The notes under the pieces: model-generated
Databases searched by the model: none
Told to the model about the DNA's origin: nothing
Seen by the model: only the letters and a program-made list of their open reading frames with translations
Position numbers and translations under genes: made by a program
Shown here: in pieces, positions 62,108-64,000 of the stretch
Layout of the letters: every line of letters begins with the position of its first letter
Numbering within the stretch: position 1 is the first letter of the stretch
DNA from: Octopus bimaculoides
Lineage: Eukaryota
Direction: 5' to 3'
DNA: 64,000 nucleotides
NCBI RefSeq assembly: GCF_001194135.2
Contig: NC_069005.1
Location: forward strand, 22,565,699 to 22,629,698

Positions 62108-62673
62108 TAATAATAATCCTTTCAACTAAAGACACAAGGCCTGTAATTTGGTGGGCGGGGAATAGCACTGAAATGGAACTTATCTTATCAACTTTGAAAG
62201 GATGAAAAGCAAAGTCAATTTTGGCAAAATTTGAGCTCAGAATATGAAGGCAGATGAAATGCCAGCATTTTGCCTGTCATACTAACAGGTCTACCAGCTC
62301 ACCACCTTAATGATAATAATAATAATCCTTTCTACTATAGGCACAAGGCCTAGAATTTGGGGGGAAGGGTTAAGGCAATTACATCAACCCCAGTACTCAA
62401 CTAGTACTTAATTTATCAACCCCGAAAGGACAAGAGGCAAAGTCGACCTCAGCTGAACTTGAACTCAGTACCTAAGTGATCAGCAAAATACCGCTAAGCA
62501 TTTTGCCCGGCATGCTAATGATTCTACCAGTTTGACTAGTACTTAATTTATCAACCCTGAAAGGATTGAAAGGCAAAGTCAACCTCAGTGGAATTTGAAC
62601 TCAGAATGTAGCAGCAGATGGAATACCACTAAGCATTTCGCCCAGGATGCTAACAATTTTGCTAGCTCACCAC

Positions 62674-62715
<42 letters not shown>

Positions 62716-62900
62716 CATATTAATAATTGCTTTAAATTTTGACACAAAGCCAGTAATTTTAGAGGGAGAAGGTAGTCAATTACCCCGCCCCCGTATTTGA
62801 CAGATACTTTATCTTATTAACCCTAAAAAGATGGAAGGCCATGTTGACCTCAACAAGACTTGAACTCAGAACATAAAAGAGCCAGAAGAAATGTTCAGTA
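62108..62900 (-). mobile_element. Array of four SINE-B copies separated by (TAA)n
   Basis: Copies at ~62110-62290, 62310-62530, 62530-62672 and 62715-62900. Confidence 0.9.
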
Positions 62901-63316
62901 TGTTAAAGATTTTGAATGTGTCTTCAGTTTCACTCCACAAGTTAAAATGGTTTAAAGCATAACACTCCAATGACAAGACATGTCATGGCTAACAGAACAA
63001 TATAATTATATAGATGACCGTTCATCGAACAAGTTGAAACTGAAAATTAATCACATCAACTTTACACCTTCAGTTATCCTCACATCTCCCCAACCCAGGA
63101 ATGGGAGCTGTTCCTCTTCATTTGTCAAACGAAAAGAACTTAATACTTGTAGGAGTTTATACCATTTTATCTTTATCCAATTAACCTGAACAGCTAATGA
63201 AGAACTAATAAATACCCCAAGAGACAATCTCAGCTTATGACAACCTACCTCTAAATGTGGAGATAGTAATTAAGTAATCTAGAACTTTTGCTCCCTAAAT
63301 GTGTAAAGGTCTTTAA

Positions 63317-63536
63317 CCCTTTAGCATTTAAACCAGCCACATCTGGCTAAGATATTCTACCTGTTCTATGTTCAACTGGCCAGATCTGGCCTCTCACACA
63401 TCTACAATAGTATTCTGAAAATAAACAATCACATCATTGAAATCTCAAAGCTGCGAGGTAATGCATGACTGACTAATTCAAATCAACGTAAATAAATAAG
63501 CAATGCATTTGACAAAGAAAACTGAATGCTAAAGGG
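63317..63536 (+). mobile_element. piggyBac-like MITE, family P1
   Basis: TTAA|ccctttagcatttaaacc ... gaatgctaaaggg|ctaa. Confidence 0.9.
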
Positions 63537-63693
63537 CTAAGAACTCGTGTTTATAATTAGCAGATGCTTCTCAAGCCCCCTGTGAATTTCAAAGTGTTAA
63601 GCAGATGAGGTAGAATATGGTTCTAGAAATTTGGCTGCTTTTTCTAGCAAGTAAAATAACTACTGAGGAATGTGCCATTGGCTTGTATAGTGT

Positions 63694-63926
63694 TATTTCT
63701 TTACTACCCACAAGGGGCTACACACATAGGGGACAAACAAAGACAGACAAACGGATTAAGTCGATTATATCGACCCCAGTGCGTAACTTGTACTTATTTA
63801 ATCGACCCCGAAAGGATGAAAGGCAAAGTCGACCTCGGCGGAATTTGAACTCAGAACGTAGCGGCAGACGAAATACCGCCAAGCATTTCGCCTGGTATGC
63901 TAACGATTCTGCCAGCTCGCCGCCTT
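63694..63926 (-). mobile_element. Youngest SINE-B, with 15-bp TSD and an alternative 3' tail
   Basis: CpG-rich ggcggcgagctggcagaatcgttagc...gaggtcgactttgcctttcatcctttcggggtcg; TSD tggcttgtatagtgt at 63679-63693 and 63933-63947. Confidence 0.95.
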
Positions 63927-64000
63927 CTATACTGGCTTGTATAGTGTGAGTAGCATCAGCCTCACTGACCTGTGATATTTAGCTGAAGGAATGATGATAA

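Noticed and set aside
63617-63949. 110-aa ORF
   Set aside because: Antisense reading of a young SINE-B; the similar short ORFs YQIHSQG/HFNLFY across the window are also SINE-derived.

Overview
Eukaryotic, AT-rich, repeat-dense window with no recognisable intact host protein-coding gene. The repeat landscape (tRNA-derived SINEs, RTE LINE 3' ends with (ATG)n tails, maT/mariner fossils, very abundant CA/TA/GA/TAA microsatellites, N-gaps beside microsatellites) looks like an Octopus short-read assembly. That assignment is from recalled repeat sequences, not a database search. The window is most plausibly part of a giant intron or intergenic DNA. Supported content: three SINE families, RTE LINE fragments, an unclassified (AAC)-tailed repeat, decayed transposases (two DD37D/maT, one DD41D/rosa, D,D34D mariners, one hAT Buster/Charlie), TTAA-flanked piggyBac-type MITEs, hAT MITEs and one Helentron-type non-autonomous element. 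Most notable: (1) a DD41D transposon whose middle ~510 bp is inverted, with a 62-bp patch matching a neighbouring mariner at the breakpoint; (2) a consensus-like branch point/polypyrimidine/CAG directly abutting GTAAGC on the minus strand at 14132/14133, a candidate recursive splice site with a 41-nt RS-exon; (3) a 1-nt-spacer palindrome interrupted by a MITE; (4) a clean 86-nt plus-strand intron next to a non-coding exon; (5) arrays of conserved stem-loops in an RTE 3' UTR. Splicing and regulatory calls are hypotheses from motifs only. Repeat boundaries are approximate unless a TSD or TIR is cited.
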